Part shown: one piece after another, positions 40,794 through 50,710 of the stretch
How positions within the stretch are numbered: position 1 is the first letter of the stretch
How the letters are laid out: each line of letters opens with the position of its first letter
The notes under the pieces: generated by a model
The model's database searches: none
Seen by the model: only the letters and a program-made list of their open reading frames with translations
What the model was told of the DNA's origin: nothing
DNA from: a virus
Length of the DNA: 64,000 bases
IMG/VR virus record: IMGVR_UViG_3300032213_003587
Coordinates: 1-64,000 of that record
Reading direction: 5' to 3' (one strand)
Program-made: the position numbers and the translations under genes

Positions 40794-43700
40794 TTATGAT
40801 CCTATGACTCCAGCCGTGGCCACCTGCACTAGATACGGACGATACAGCTTCTGTCCAATCATAGTAGCTACCTTGGGTCCGCGGCCGCCCGGAGTATAAA
40901 CTCCGCCCGCCGGACGATTGCCATCGGCATTGAAGCTGATGCGAATCCAGAAACGTTCCTTGCCCTGTATGGTTTCAGTCTGCAACAGCAGCTGATCAAA
41001 GGCCAGATTGTCTTTGATCCAGCGAGCAATGTCATAGTATTCGGTGTTGGGCCGCTTGGGAAAGTCGATTTCCACGGCCTGACCAGTACCAAGCTGACCA
41101 GGATCGTCTTCTCGATAACCCACCAGTATGCGGGTATCCGGATATCGATCGATGATCGGATCTATGCAGTTTATAGCCAGGGCCTTCAAATTGGTGGCAA
41201 TCTGCGGTCCAGTGAGGCGTCGGCCAGTGCTGCCGGTGGAATTGGTTCGGATACCACCCACACCCTGTTGACGACCATTGACGCTACCACCGCGGTCCGA
41301 ACTCAGGCTGCCGTCTACAATGCCACTGACAGCCCGACCTGCCAACCCACCGGCCTGAGCAGCTAGCTGAGCCGAGTCTGTACCATACTGGGCCAATATG
41401 CTGCTGTACACCACATCGTTGACATAGGTACCGGCCGCATAACCTACAAGTCGTCTTACGTCGGTGCGCTGTCCCTGTATAGCGTTTTTAACCACCACAC
41501 CAAACAAGTCGCCTACAATACGCGCACCCGCACTGGTGGTGCTGCCCAATCTTGCGTTGATGGAGGATGTAACTACATTGCTAACAACATAGCCCACAGC
41601 GGCTCCGCCGATGCCTCGAGCCAGGCGTTCATTGGCTGCGCGGTCGCCTTTGATTTCGTTGCTCAGCAGTTTTACTGTGATCATGGCTACTGCCTGCTGG
41701 GTATTGCTGGTGAGCTGTCCGCTGGACACTGCAAAGGTATAGCCCGCACCCAGAATAGTAAGACCGAGATTTTGTGCAAAAGTGCGGCCGCCGGCATTGG
41801 GATTGGTGACTGTGGCTGAAATAGCAGCAGCACCTACGCCGATGTAGCCAAGATTGCGTTTCTGTGACTGAGTCAGATTGGGGTTGTTGGCTTTATAGGT
41901 GTCCAGGCCGATGTCCACCAGCGTAGGTAGAGTTCGTGCCAACACGGTTAGCCCATAGCCCAAGGGATAGCCCTGTTCGCCTCGCAGTCGTGTTATCGCA
42001 AGATTTTGTCCTAGTGTGCCGATGATTTTCTGGGTATTGCTGATGCCGGCCTGTTGAAGAATGGCATTGCTACCGGCAAATAACAGACCCAGACCCAGAC
42101 GTTCTTTGAAGCCGAGATTTCTGTCACCAGCCGGAGTTAAAGCTACCGCAAATGCTGTGGTCAATCCTTTTAGTACTGCTTTGTTGGTGAACATACCCAG
42201 GGTAGTATTTTTGCTTAACTTTGCGCTTTCCGGTATAATCTTCATGCCCGTAAATTCCGCACTCTGCACTACTGTACCGGATCGTACGCCTGGTACAGAG
42301 ATGTCGCTAAATGTGTAGCCGGATGACGCACGACCGGCATCGGCCGCTATGTCTGATGAACTGCGCACGCCGATGGCACCCAACACATCGTCGTTGGTTT
42401 TCTTGGTAAAATCCGAAACCGATGGATCTGCGCCGGTTGTTGATGCTCCGGTGCTCAGTCCACCGGGCTTGTTAAACCAGCTGTCAAGTTCATCTACGCC
42501 TGATTCAATTAATCCAGCCACCACCTGAGTAAGGCTCGGTGTAGGTGGTAGCAGTCCGGTGGGCAAGGCCACAGTAGTCAGCGGAGTACCGGCCAATCCA
42601 GTATTAAAGTAGACCTGTGAACCATCAATACTAACCAGGCTAATGGATTTTAAATCTAGGAAACCAAAACTCAGAGTCTGTTTGGTACCAACAACTGTGG
42701 TGTTATGATTTACACCAACATACACATCGTGATTTTTTAGTGCGGTAACTTTAAAATTATTGGTGGCAAACATGGTGATGTTACCAGGCAGCAAACTGGC
42801 CTGAGTTGGTGCAGTACCAGGCACACCGGAAAATGTGGCTTCCATGATGATGTTGCTGGCGCGAAGATTATAGTTGCCGCCCACACTGACGTTCATGTCG
42901 CCGCTGACTGAAAGATTGGCTCCGCCCTTTACGGTAATATAGGCATCACTTTCAGCTTCAATGACATAGTTACCCTTGACTTTTATGGTGCCATTGCCGC
43001 TGGCATAGATGTCGTAGTTGCCCATCACCGCCAGATCCTTGCCTTTGCTGGAAATTTCCTGATGGAATCCTTCTACCTTCTGCACCATGTTACCACCGGC
43101 ACCAATTTCAAAATATGTGCCGGAGTTGTGATAGAGATGTATGCGTTCACGTCCCGGGGTATCATCAAATTCAATGACATGGCCGCCTTCGGTCTGCATG
43201 ACCTTGTTGAAGGGATATTCGGCGTTAAACTGCGTGGATATTTCTTCGGTTTCCTGCATGCCCAGATAGGCGTCAATGGCAGCGCCCACCAGACGTCCGG
43301 CATTGCCAGCCAGGCCGCCGCCGAGATTGGCAATTTGATTGGTCTGAGCCTTTTCATAGACTACGGTACGAGCAATCTTTCCATTGAGAATGGTGGTAGT
43401 AAGATCCTGACCTGTGGCCAATTTATTGGTGTCGGGATGATTGGCATAATCGCAGGTCGGATAGATGCTAGCGGGATCATTGAATCCCTTTTCATTGCCA
43501 ATTTTAGGATCGTTGAGCGGGCCGGCTACATTGGCATTGGGTGGTACCTGACGTCCGTTGTTGGGTGCTCGGGCTGCGATAGTAATGCCCTGGGGCTTGG
43601 TATAGGCTAATTGTCCACGAACGAAACTCTGTTTATTGTAGAGATTTTTACCGCCGCTGTTGAGAGCAGCATAGCTGATGGCATAGGCCATTTCCGGAGT

Positions 43701-45200
43701 AGCACCAAAGGCATCCGATGGATTTTTACCGCCCACGGCCCACATCTGCGCTCCGCCGGCGCCGCTGAGATGTGCGGCATGCAGCAGACCTGCGGCCACT
43801 CGCGGATCTTGATTGGGATTGATGATGCCGTTCTTTGACAGCTGCTTCCAATTTTTTTCCAACAGGTCAAACATCAAACGTTCCTGCAGATCTTTGTTCC
43901 GCAGGAAGGCTTCGGTGCTAGTGATACCGTCGGTGCCCTTCCATACTCCAGTGACATTGTTGGCCATGGCATTTTCTGAATAGCTTACCTGCTTGCCATT
44001 GCCGGCTCGAGCCCAATTTAAATATCCCTGGCTGGTCAAAACCTGTGCGCCAAACTGATACTTACCGATGAAATTCAAACTGTTTTTAATGCCATGCCCC
44101 TGTGTACCACCGGGCACACTACCACTTTCAGCATAGCCGATGCTGTTCATCAACACCTGCACATCGCTTTTACTCAGCGGCGGAAGATCACGAAGCACAA
44201 AACTGCTGGGCACCACACCCGTGCTAAAGTTATTGTTGCCGGTGTAGCCCGTGGGCAAGGTGCTGCTCTGGCCGGCAATGGACAACGATCCCCGGATGCT
44301 GCGCGCTACGGCATTGTAGTCCACCGGATGTATGTTGTCCTTGGTGGCAAAGTCAATGAGGTCCAGAGTTTGATCGCCGTTCTTCAAAGCCACTGACAGG
44401 ATGGCGGTTCGTGCTGCGCGATCATAGGGCAAGATCCATAGATAGGCCTTGGCGGCCAGCGCAGTACGAAGTTTTTCTGAGTTGCTTTTCAGCTGTTCGA
44501 TGTTGCCACGTCCACCCTGAATGTCGTTGGTACCCACGCTGATGATGGCAAATCGAGAATTTTGAATATTAGGGCTTTTCTGTACACTGGCCAGGACGGT
44601 GCCGGAAAATGCACCCACAGTAGCCAGCTGTGAAACACCGGCTCCACCGCTGAGTCTAGCCAAACTACCACCCACACCCAGAGCAATGCTATCACCAACT
44701 ACTGCAAACACCGGTCCGGTGTTGTTGGTGGGTACTGCTGTTACGGTGTTGCTGGTGCTCTGCACAATCTTCACGGGCTCGCCACGGCTGTCCAGCACCG
44801 GATTGCCGTTCTCATCCTTGCGCACATCATTGGCAAACAATTTTTCTAAAGTGTTGTTGGCCGTACATGCTTCGGTAGGTAATTTAAAGCCCGCAAATGT
44901 ACCCATGATGATGGGCTGCTGACAGTCTTTACCGTCGGCAAAGAAACCCATGACCCAGCTGCCGGGCATGGCACCCAAGGGAGTAGTGCCCACACCGCTC
45001 ATGGCCGCGGATGTAATGGGCTGCATGGGTATGGCCCAGGGCAGATCCGCAGTGGGTAAAAGATCGGTGTTATCGGTATGATATCCAAATATGCGTACCT
45101 GACACCGACCCAGGAGTGCGGGATCGTTGCGATTTTCTACCACACCGATCCACCAAAAGAAGCCGTCGCGACCGTAGAGATTATTAGCTGACACCGTCAT
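40794..45200 (-). CDS. gp5: Baseplate central spike gp5, multidomain (OB-fold, SGNH, lysozyme-like, beta-helix, hydrophobic insert, M15-like)
   Basis: FFWWIGVVENRNDP..LGRCQVRIFGYH...LPWA...GSWVMGFFADG...QQPIIMG (OB-fold); YPFNKV.QTEGGHVIEFDDTPGRERIHLYH.SG beta-helix start. Confidence 0.92.
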   Translation of the reverse strand: MTVSANNLYGRDGFFWWIGVVENRNDPALLGRCQVRIFGYHTDNTDLLPTADLPWAIPMQPITSAAMSGVGTTPLGAMPGSWVMGFFADGKDCQQPIIMGTFAGFKLPTEACTANNTLEKLFANDVRKDENGNPVLDSRGEPVKIVQSTSNTVTAVPTNNTGPVFAVVGDSIALGVGGSLARLSGGAGVSQLATVGAFSGTVLASVQKSPNIQNSRFAIISVGTNDIQGGRGNIEQLKSNSEKLRTALAAKAYLWILPYDRAARTAILSVALKNGDQTLDLIDFATKDNIHPVDYNAVARSIRGSLSIAGQSSTLPTGYTGNNNFSTGVVPSSFVLRDLPPLSKSDVQVLMNSIGYAESGSVPGGTQGHGIKNSLNFIGKYQFGAQVLTSQGYLNWARAGNGKQVSYSENAMANNVTGVWKGTDGITSTEAFLRNKDLQERLMFDLLEKNWKQLSKNGIINPNQDPRVAAGLLHAAHLSGAGGAQMWAVGGKNPSDAFGATPEMAYAISYAALNSGGKNLYNKQSFVRGQLAYTKPQGITIAARAPNNGRQVPPNANVAGPLNDPKIGNEKGFNDPASIYPTCDYANHPDTNKLATGQDLTTTILNGKIARTVVYEKAQTNQIANLGGGLAGNAGRLVGAAIDAYLGMQETEEISTQFNAEYPFNKVMQTEGGHVIEFDDTPGRERIHLYHNSGTYFEIGAGGNMVQKVEGFHQEISSKGKDLAVMGNYDIYASGNGTIKVKGNYVIEAESDAYITVKGGANLSVSGDMNVSVGGNYNLRASNIIMEATFSGVPGTAPTQASLLPGNITMFATNNFKVTALKNHDVYVGVNHNTTVVGTKQTLSFGFLDLKSISLVSIDGSQVYFNTGLAGTPLTTVALPTGLLPPTPSLTQVVAGLIESGVDELDSWFNKPGGLSTGASTTGADPSVSDFTKKTNDDVLGAIGVRSSSDIAADAGRASSGYTFSDISVPGVRSGTVVQSAEFTGMKIIPESAKLSKNTTLGMFTNKAVLKGLTTAFAVALTPAGDRNLGFKERLGLGLLFAGSNAILQQAGISNTQKIIGTLGQNLAITRLRGEQGYPLGYGLTVLARTLPTLVDIGLDTYKANNPNLTQSQKRNLGYIGVGAAAISATVTNPNAGGRTFAQNLGLTILGAGYTFAVSSGQLTSNTQQAVAMITVKLLSNEIKGDRAANERLARGIGGAAVGYVVSNVVTSSINARLGSTTSAGARIVGDLFGVVVKNAIQGQRTDVRRLVGYAAGTYVNDVVYSSILAQYGTDSAQLAAQAGGLAGRAVSGIVDGSLSSDRGGSVNGRQQGVGGIRTNSTGSTGRRLTGPQIATNLKALAINCIDPIIDRYPDTRILVGYREDDPGQLGTGQAVEIDFPKRPNTEYYDIARWIKDNLAFDQLLLQTETIQGKERFWIRISFNADGNRPAGGVYTPGGRGPKVATMIGQKLYRPYLVQVATAGVIGS

Positions 45201-46582
45201 TAGTTATTCCATCCTTTGGTTTTTTGTACTGAGTCTTTGCAGACTTCCATGATCATTACGTGCTTGAGATGATTGAATTTATGATGTATTGCAGTAACCA
45301 GATAGAAACCAGAATACATGGGATCATCTAAATTAAGACTGCTGTCTCCGGCATCGCGAGGCCGAGCCTGCGGATACTTCAGGTAGATAATGTTGCCGAC
45401 TTCGGCATCACTGCGGCCCGGAACTGTGAGCACCAACTTAATTGTGCTCAGTTCATTCATGGTGCTGATGCGTCGCGGAAGAATGCGTTCCACAATTTCT
45501 GAAACATTGGCCTGTGCATCATTATACAACAACGGAGCCTTGGGATACATGTTCACGAACGAGCCTGGGCCGCGTATGGTTCCTAAGCGCGATGGATTGC
45601 AGACATCGTTGCTAGTGCCGCCGATGTTTTCCAGATGTCGGTAATCGCCGTAGCTGGCCACATGATCATAATCATAGACCACATAGTCTTTTTTAATTAT
45701 ATCAAAATTAATCAATCTGTTGGCAAAATGACCGTTTTCAATGCTGCGCAGAGCATTGGGTGAACTTACAATCTCTAAACTTTCGATTTTTTGAAATTCG
45801 CGATTTACGTCTTTGTAATAATCACTGCCGGTTTGATTCTCTTCCTGGGGTGCAGATACATTCTGCGCCATGTAGATATACTGTGCAAATATGCTCTTGC
45901 TTTGTATTGCTCCGTCGATAATGGTTTCAATGTTGGCATAATAATAGCCTTTGTTGCTTTCAAAGAATACATAGTTAGGTGCCAGGTATCCTTCGCACAG
46001 ACTGCGAGCCGCCAGCCAGCTGATGTTCTGCAACGGTGTCCAACCCGGACTCACATACTTGATGCGGTTTTCGGTCTCACCGATGATGGTCAGGGAGTTT
46101 TCGTCATTGGGTAAACCATTGCGACTTGTCTGTAGACTGTCGAGGTAGATCTGCTGCACCACGTCGCTGATTTTTCCGGAGAAACTGCGATAGATTGGAC
46201 TTACTGCATCTACTATGATTTCTGAACTACAGAACTGCAGGACATAGGTTTGTTTGCTGCTGTCCTGCAGGAAACGACCGTCGGTGATGGCATATACTCT
46301 GAAGGTTTTGAAAAAATACTGGCTTGTAGTTGGAGTACGAATTTTGATGCGCACATATTCATCGCCGCGCAGAGGAACAAGTCTGGACAGGTTCAAGGCA
46401 TCCACCATCATCATGTTGCCATACAGGCCGGGTCGGAACATGTCTTCATAGAGATTGAGCTCCAGAAGAAATTGACGAATATCGTGTTCTACACCGTCGT
46501 TGCCGATGAGCAATAATTCTGTGATTTCCACATCGCCGGCGCCCTGCAGGCCGCCGCTGAGATTGGTGCTGTTTGATGCCAT
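45200..46582 (-). CDS. Baseplate hub protein (gp27-like)
   Basis: LNLYEDMF.P.LYG, PL.GDEYV, FFESNKG, VPGRSD..VG.II.L, YSGFYLVTAIHH; lies between gp53 and gp5. Confidence 0.7.
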   Translation of the reverse strand: MASNSTNLSGGLQGAGDVEITELLLIGNDGVEHDIRQFLLELNLYEDMFRPGLYGNMMMVDALNLSRLVPLRGDEYVRIKIRTPTTSQYFFKTFRVYAITDGRFLQDSSKQTYVLQFCSSEIIVDAVSPIYRSFSGKISDVVQQIYLDSLQTSRNGLPNDENSLTIIGETENRIKYVSPGWTPLQNISWLAARSLCEGYLAPNYVFFESNKGYYYANIETIIDGAIQSKSIFAQYIYMAQNVSAPQEENQTGSDYYKDVNREFQKIESLEIVSSPNALRSIENGHFANRLINFDIIKKDYVVYDYDHVASYGDYRHLENIGGTSNDVCNPSRLGTIRGPGSFVNMYPKAPLLYNDAQANVSEIVERILPRRISTMNELSTIKLVLTVPGRSDAEVGNIIYLKYPQARPRDAGDSSLNLDDPMYSGFYLVTAIHHKFNHLKHVMIMEVCKDSVQKTKGWNN

Positions 46583-46583
46583 G

Positions 46584-47081
46584 TTAACGTCCTATTGCCT
46601 GTTCAAAATTTTGAATATACTGAGACACAAAATTGGGTTTTAATATTTTTATTCTTCGTCGAGTTTCGTTAAGCTCTTCTTCGTAGGTATAGTTACTCAC
46701 TGGATACTTGGTACCGGCAAAACTGCTGTGTACTATGTCATTATCGGCATTGATGTAGTGATGCACAGCATACTCATTGCCCGCACCGTATTTATTGGTA
46801 ACCAAGGTCAGCAAAGTACCTACCGGCAAGGGCCAGTCATAGCGCGGATCTATGATGTTGTTCACCAGAAGTATGATCCAATGCAGTTCGGAGTTATCAT
46901 AGATTTTAGCTGCTACTATTTCCGGTGTTTCACCGTCGAGAACATCATATTCATCGTAGCTCAGAGTTCCTATGGTGTTGTTGTCCGAAGAAATTACTCG
47001 ACGAAAAAAATCAGTCATTACAAAATTGGTGGTACTACCATCCAAGGTGTAGAGCATTCTAGGAAAGTTTTTAAAATACAC
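46584..47081 (-). CDS. gp53: Baseplate wedge component
   Basis: MYFKNFP, DGETPEIVA.KIY...ELHWIILLVN.I.DP.YDWP, EEELNE.RR.IKIL. Confidence 0.92.
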   Translation of the reverse strand: MYFKNFPRMLYTLDGSTTNFVMTDFFRRVISSDNNTIGTLSYDEYDVLDGETPEIVAAKIYDNSELHWIILLVNNIIDPRYDWPLPVGTLLTLVTNKYGAGNEYAVHHYINADNDIVHSSFAGTKYPVSNYTYEEELNETRRRIKILKPNFVSQYIQNFEQAIGR

Positions 47082-47083
47082 GA

Positions 47084-48220
47084 TTAATATCCTCCGGGAT
47101 CTATGCGTTCTTTGGTAAGAACTTCGAGTTCACGGAATGTAAGTTTCATGTTAATCTCATTGGGTGCACCGTTGGCAAACGATCCAAAGGTTGAATTGTT
47201 GCCGTAGTCTATGGACATATCAGTTAATACACAGGTTGATATTTTATGTACCCAGGGATTTTCTTTTTTACCAAAGAAATATACGATGTTGAATTCGCTG
47301 GGATAGATGTAGAACAATCCGCCGGCACTTAATTCCGGATGCATGTGATACTTGAATTCTGTGATTATGTTTTTAACCTTGCGACTTTCTTGTTCGCTTT
47401 TTGGCAGAAATTTGTAGTCAAAGGTAAAGGTTCGGTTATCCACGCTTTGAAAAATCTGTTCACGAAACGGGTTGGGTGTCATGGCCGTGGCTGCGCTGAT
47501 GGCTCCGCCTAGATCAAAGTTGCTGTCGCCGGTGAGATTGGCAGCAATGCCTGCAGGAACCGCAGCAAGATTGATGATGGCCTTTCTTGCCATTTCCGGC
47601 ATCATCTGATTCATGTCCAGGGCACTGGCTCCGCCGCCTAGGAATCCGCCGATGGTGCCCAGATCTGTGGTGCCATACTGTACGCCATATTTCACACTGG
47701 GTCGTTCATTGAGAGCCAGCTGAATCGCGGTCTTAATTCTAAATCTTTTGTCGGGCTCAAACCACTGCGAGATCTTGTCGCCGGCCGCTGCACCAGTTAA
47801 TGCTCCTGCAGTAACTGCTCCTAGAGTACCCAAAACCTTGACCTTGGCACTGGCTCCGGCCGCAGTATTGGCCAGTACTTTTTGAGCTAGACTGTTGGCT
47901 AGATAGGCGCTGCCGGCTATGGCCATGGGTTTGATCATACCCTGTATGTTTTCTCCGACTTGCCGGCGGTCTGTGCTGCCGGTGTCATCACCGATGATTT
48001 CTGTGCTGGCTCCGCCGGCTCGATCCTTGGCCTTGCTCTTGCCTCGCACATTGATGAGAAACAGCACCGAATGCTGAAGATCAGGATCGCCCATGGTGTT
48101 TTCCGGAAACCTCAGCTGCTGCACATCATAGGTCTGTCCGGTTTTGCTGCGGCCACGATTGCGTTCTAAAGTAATGCTGTTTAGATCGTCGGTGGTAGCG
48201 GGTTTTGGTGTTGCTGGCAT
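47084..48220 (-). CDS. gp48: Baseplate tail tube cap
   Basis: NPFREQIFQSVDNRTFTFDYKFLPKS, II.EFKYHMHP, YPSEF, CVLTDMSIDY, LTFRELEVLTK. Confidence 0.88.
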   Translation of the reverse strand: MPATPKPATTDDLNSITLERNRGRSKTGQTYDVQQLRFPENTMGDPDLQHSVLFLINVRGKSKAKDRAGGASTEIIGDDTGSTDRRQVGENIQGMIKPMAIAGSAYLANSLAQKVLANTAAGASAKVKVLGTLGAVTAGALTGAAAGDKISQWFEPDKRFRIKTAIQLALNERPSVKYGVQYGTTDLGTIGGFLGGGASALDMNQMMPEMARKAIINLAAVPAGIAANLTGDSNFDLGGAISAATAMTPNPFREQIFQSVDNRTFTFDYKFLPKSEQESRKVKNIITEFKYHMHPELSAGGLFYIYPSEFNIVYFFGKKENPWVHKISTCVLTDMSIDYGNNSTFGSFANGAPNEINMKLTFRELEVLTKERIDPGGY

Positions 48221-48254
48221 ATAAATATCCGGTTATCGTTCTAAGTTATTTATC
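48220..48254. promoter_or_regulatory. Two opposed late promoters (TATAAATA on + at 48220-48227; GATAAATA on - at 48247-48254)
   Basis: Both motifs lie in the ~35-bp divergent gp48/gp4 gap. Confidence 0.7.
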
Positions 48255-48255
48255 G

Positions 48256-48708
48256 ATGTACGCAAAACATACTCACAATGGTCGCTATCCGGTGCGCAAT
48301 TACAACAAGTATATCGGCAATGCGCAGCAGGTATTCTATCGATCCATGTGGGAATTAAAATTCATGAAATGGTGCGACAACAATCCTGCAGTACTAGAAT
48401 GGGGCAGCGAAGAGGTGGTTATACCTTATTTATCGCCGGTGGATGGTCGTGTGCATCGATATTTCGTGGATTTCTTTGTAAAAATTCGAGACGCCAACGG
48501 CAGCGTAAAACGCTATTTGATAGAGATCAAACCCAAGAAATTCACCGAACCACCGAAACGTCCGGCCAAACAGACTCGTCGCTATATTCAGGAAGTCAGC
48601 AGCTATGTCGTCAATCAGGCCAAATGGGAACGAGCTCGAGCCTTCTGCGAAGAGCGGGACTGGCGATTTCTTGTACTCACAGAAAAAGAATTGGGCATAG
48701 ATAAATAA
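48256..48708 (+). CDS. gp4: Head completion nuclease (TnsA-like)
   Basis: YRSMWE.KFMKWCD.NP.VLEWGSEE..IPY.SP.DGRVHRYFVDF, EIKP, NQAKW. Start placed at ATG 48256. Confidence 0.92.
   Translation: MYAKHTHNGRYPVRNYNKYIGNAQQVFYRSMWELKFMKWCDNNPAVLEWGSEEVVIPYLSPVDGRVHRYFVDFFVKIRDANGSVKRYLIEIKPKKFTEPPKRPAKQTRRYIQEVSSYVVNQAKWERARAFCEERDWRFLVLTEKELGIDK
48700..48707 (+). promoter_or_regulatory. Late promoter GATAAATA, 5 nt before the gp2 ATG
   Basis: GATAAATAAACATATG with no Shine-Dalgarno. Confidence 0.6.
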
Positions 48709-48712
48709 ACAT

Positions 48713-49279
48713 ATGGCTACAAACCCCTTTGACAATCTGAGAATCAACGCCGGATCGGCGCAACGCAGTCAGGCCTGGTATCGTACGCAGGTCGGAAAAC
48801 TGCAGAATCTGCAGCGCACCGTGGACAGCAGCATCTCGCAGGCTCGGCTAATAACTCGCCCAGACATCGGCAAGCTCTACTTGTTTCACTACGATCCCAA
48901 GCACAAAGATACTCTGCCGTACTACGATACCATGCCCCTGGTGTTTCCTTTTGAACGGGCTCAGGGCGGATTTCTAGGATTAAACCTGCACTATCTACCC
49001 TATGTCATGCGATTTAAATTAATGAGTGCGCTGTTAGATATTGCAGCCAAGGCCGGGGCTAGTAGAAAAACCGCATTCAGCTGGCAATTACTAAGCAACA
49101 GCAGTCGCTTTCCCGGAGCCCAGGTCGCGGTCAAGCATTATTTGACCGCTCAGATGCAGAGCAGTTTTTTAGAAATTCCCGACGATCAATGGCTGGCAGC
49201 AAGTCAGATGCCCATAGAACGATTTGTCAAAACCAACAAAGAAGCGGTATTTCGCGATACCCGTAGGATGACCCGATGA
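48713..49279 (+). CDS. gp2: DNA end protector protein
   Basis: GKLYLFHYDPKHKDTLPYYDTMPLV, GFLGLNLHYLP, VKHYL, P.ERF.K. Confidence 0.93.
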   Translation: MATNPFDNLRINAGSAQRSQAWYRTQVGKLQNLQRTVDSSISQARLITRPDIGKLYLFHYDPKHKDTLPYYDTMPLVFPFERAQGGFLGLNLHYLPYVMRFKLMSALLDIAAKAGASRKTAFSWQLLSNSSRFPGAQVAVKHYLTAQMQSSFLEIPDDQWLAASQMPIERFVKTNKEAVFRDTRRMTR

Positions 49280-50001
49280 AATCAAAATTCAGCCTTTCCA
49301 ACTTTATTTCTTATGCAGCCAAGGGCATGGCCCGGCCCTATAGATTTGAAGTTGAGATACCCAATCCCTTGTGCGTAAAAAAATGGTCTGGCGCAACCCA
49401 GCTTGTTAGTGTGTACTGCAAGGCGGCTCAGCTTCCACAGAGTCGCATATTAACCAGCCGCAATCAATATTTTGGTCCGCCGGAATATCGTCCCATAGGC
49501 GTGGACTACGGCGGCGACAATCTTACCCTAACTTTTTATGTGGATGAAAAAATGCACGTCAAGGCATTTTTTGATGAATGGATCGACGGCATTGTAAATC
49601 GCAAAACCGGCATCACTGAATATCGCGATAGCTATACCGTGAACATGAAGGTACGACAATTAATTCAGGTGCCATCTCTGCCAGATCCTGGCAAACGTGT
49701 AGGTAAGGTACTTACAGAGAATACTGCGATCAACAAAGAAAGCATAGCCTATGAAGCAAATTTTGATCTGGCCTTTCCGGTGTCAGTAAATCCTCTGACT
49801 CTTGATCACGGATCCACCGGCCAGGTGCATGAACTCAGCGTAACCTTCAACTATCGTCGCTGGAACTGGTCCGTGCCAGCTTCACCACAGGAAAAACTCA
49901 GCAACAATATTAATTGGAACGATCCTTCCATACCAGAAAGAAGAATTGCCGGTGTTGATACTCCGGATGAACGTCCTCTCATTGATTCTAAACTAGCTTA
50001 A
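49276..50001 (+). CDS. gp54: Baseplate tail tube initiator (gp54-like)
   Basis: GMARPYRFEV, C.AAQLP, LTFYVD, FFDEW.D.I, AFP.SV, LSVTFNYR.W; tube-like fold. Confidence 0.8.
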   Translation: MKSKFSLSNFISYAAKGMARPYRFEVEIPNPLCVKKWSGATQLVSVYCKAAQLPQSRILTSRNQYFGPPEYRPIGVDYGGDNLTLTFYVDEKMHVKAFFDEWIDGIVNRKTGITEYRDSYTVNMKVRQLIQVPSLPDPGKRVGKVLTENTAINKESIAYEANFDLAFPVSVNPLTLDHGSTGQVHELSVTFNYRRWNWSVPASPQEKLSNNINWNDPSIPERRIAGVDTPDERPLIDSKLA

Positions 50002-50014
50002 ATGAAAGAAAATT

Positions 50015-50710
50015 ATGTCGCTACCAACTTTTGATGTTCCCCGTTTTAATGTACAGTTACCGAGCACCGGTGAGACGGTGCAGTTTAGACCGTTCTTAGT
50101 AAAAGAACAAAAACAGCTGCTCATGGCAGTAGCCAACGACAATCAGGAACAGATATCAGCCATTGAGAACATTATTCATGCCTGCAGTTTCGGCAAGGTG
50201 CAGGCACATCGGCTACCGGCCTTTGATGTGGAATATCTGTTTCTACAGATACGCGCTCGCAGCATCGGTGAGAATGTGGACATGCAGTTGACCTGCAACT
50301 GTGGTGAAAAAACCAAGGCTGTACTGGACATCACCAAGGTTGCGGTACAGCATACCGATGGACACAATGCCAGCATTGATTTGGGCGCCGGCATTGTGGT
50401 GCAGATGCGCTATCCGCGACTCACTGAGATTGAAGAATTTGGAGCCGAGCCTTCGGTTGACACCACCATTGCTTTGATTGCTCGTTGCATACAAAGCATC
50501 TGGCAGGATGATGAAATGTTTGCTGCCGAAGATTATAGTTCAGAAGAGCTCATAGAATTTGTGGAAAATCTTCGACCCGGTAATTTAGACACCATCGAAG
50601 AATTTTTCAACACCATGCCTGTGCTGCGCCATCGATTGCAATGGCACTGCAAGGCCTGTGAAAAAGACAACGACGTCGTTGTGGAGGGTATGCAAAGTTT
50701 TTTCGGTTGA
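50015..50710 (+). CDS. gp26: Baseplate hub assembly protein
   Basis: MSLP...P...LPSTG..V.FRPFLVKEQK.LL, FDVEYLFLQIRARSIGE, CNC / CKAC, EG.QSFFG. Confidence 0.92.
   Translation: MSLPTFDVPRFNVQLPSTGETVQFRPFLVKEQKQLLMAVANDNQEQISAIENIIHACSFGKVQAHRLPAFDVEYLFLQIRARSIGENVDMQLTCNCGEKTKAVLDITKVAVQHTDGHNASIDLGAGIVVQMRYPRLTEIEEFGAEPSVDTTIALIARCIQSIWQDDEMFAAEDYSSEELIEFVENLRPGNLDTIEEFFNTMPVLRHRLQWHCKACEKDNDVVVEGMQSFFG

Noticed and set aside
48256-48708. TnsA transposase / Tn7 element
   Set aside because: TnsA-like fold is expected for T4 gp4; synteny with gp2 and gp48, and no tnsBC or element ends.
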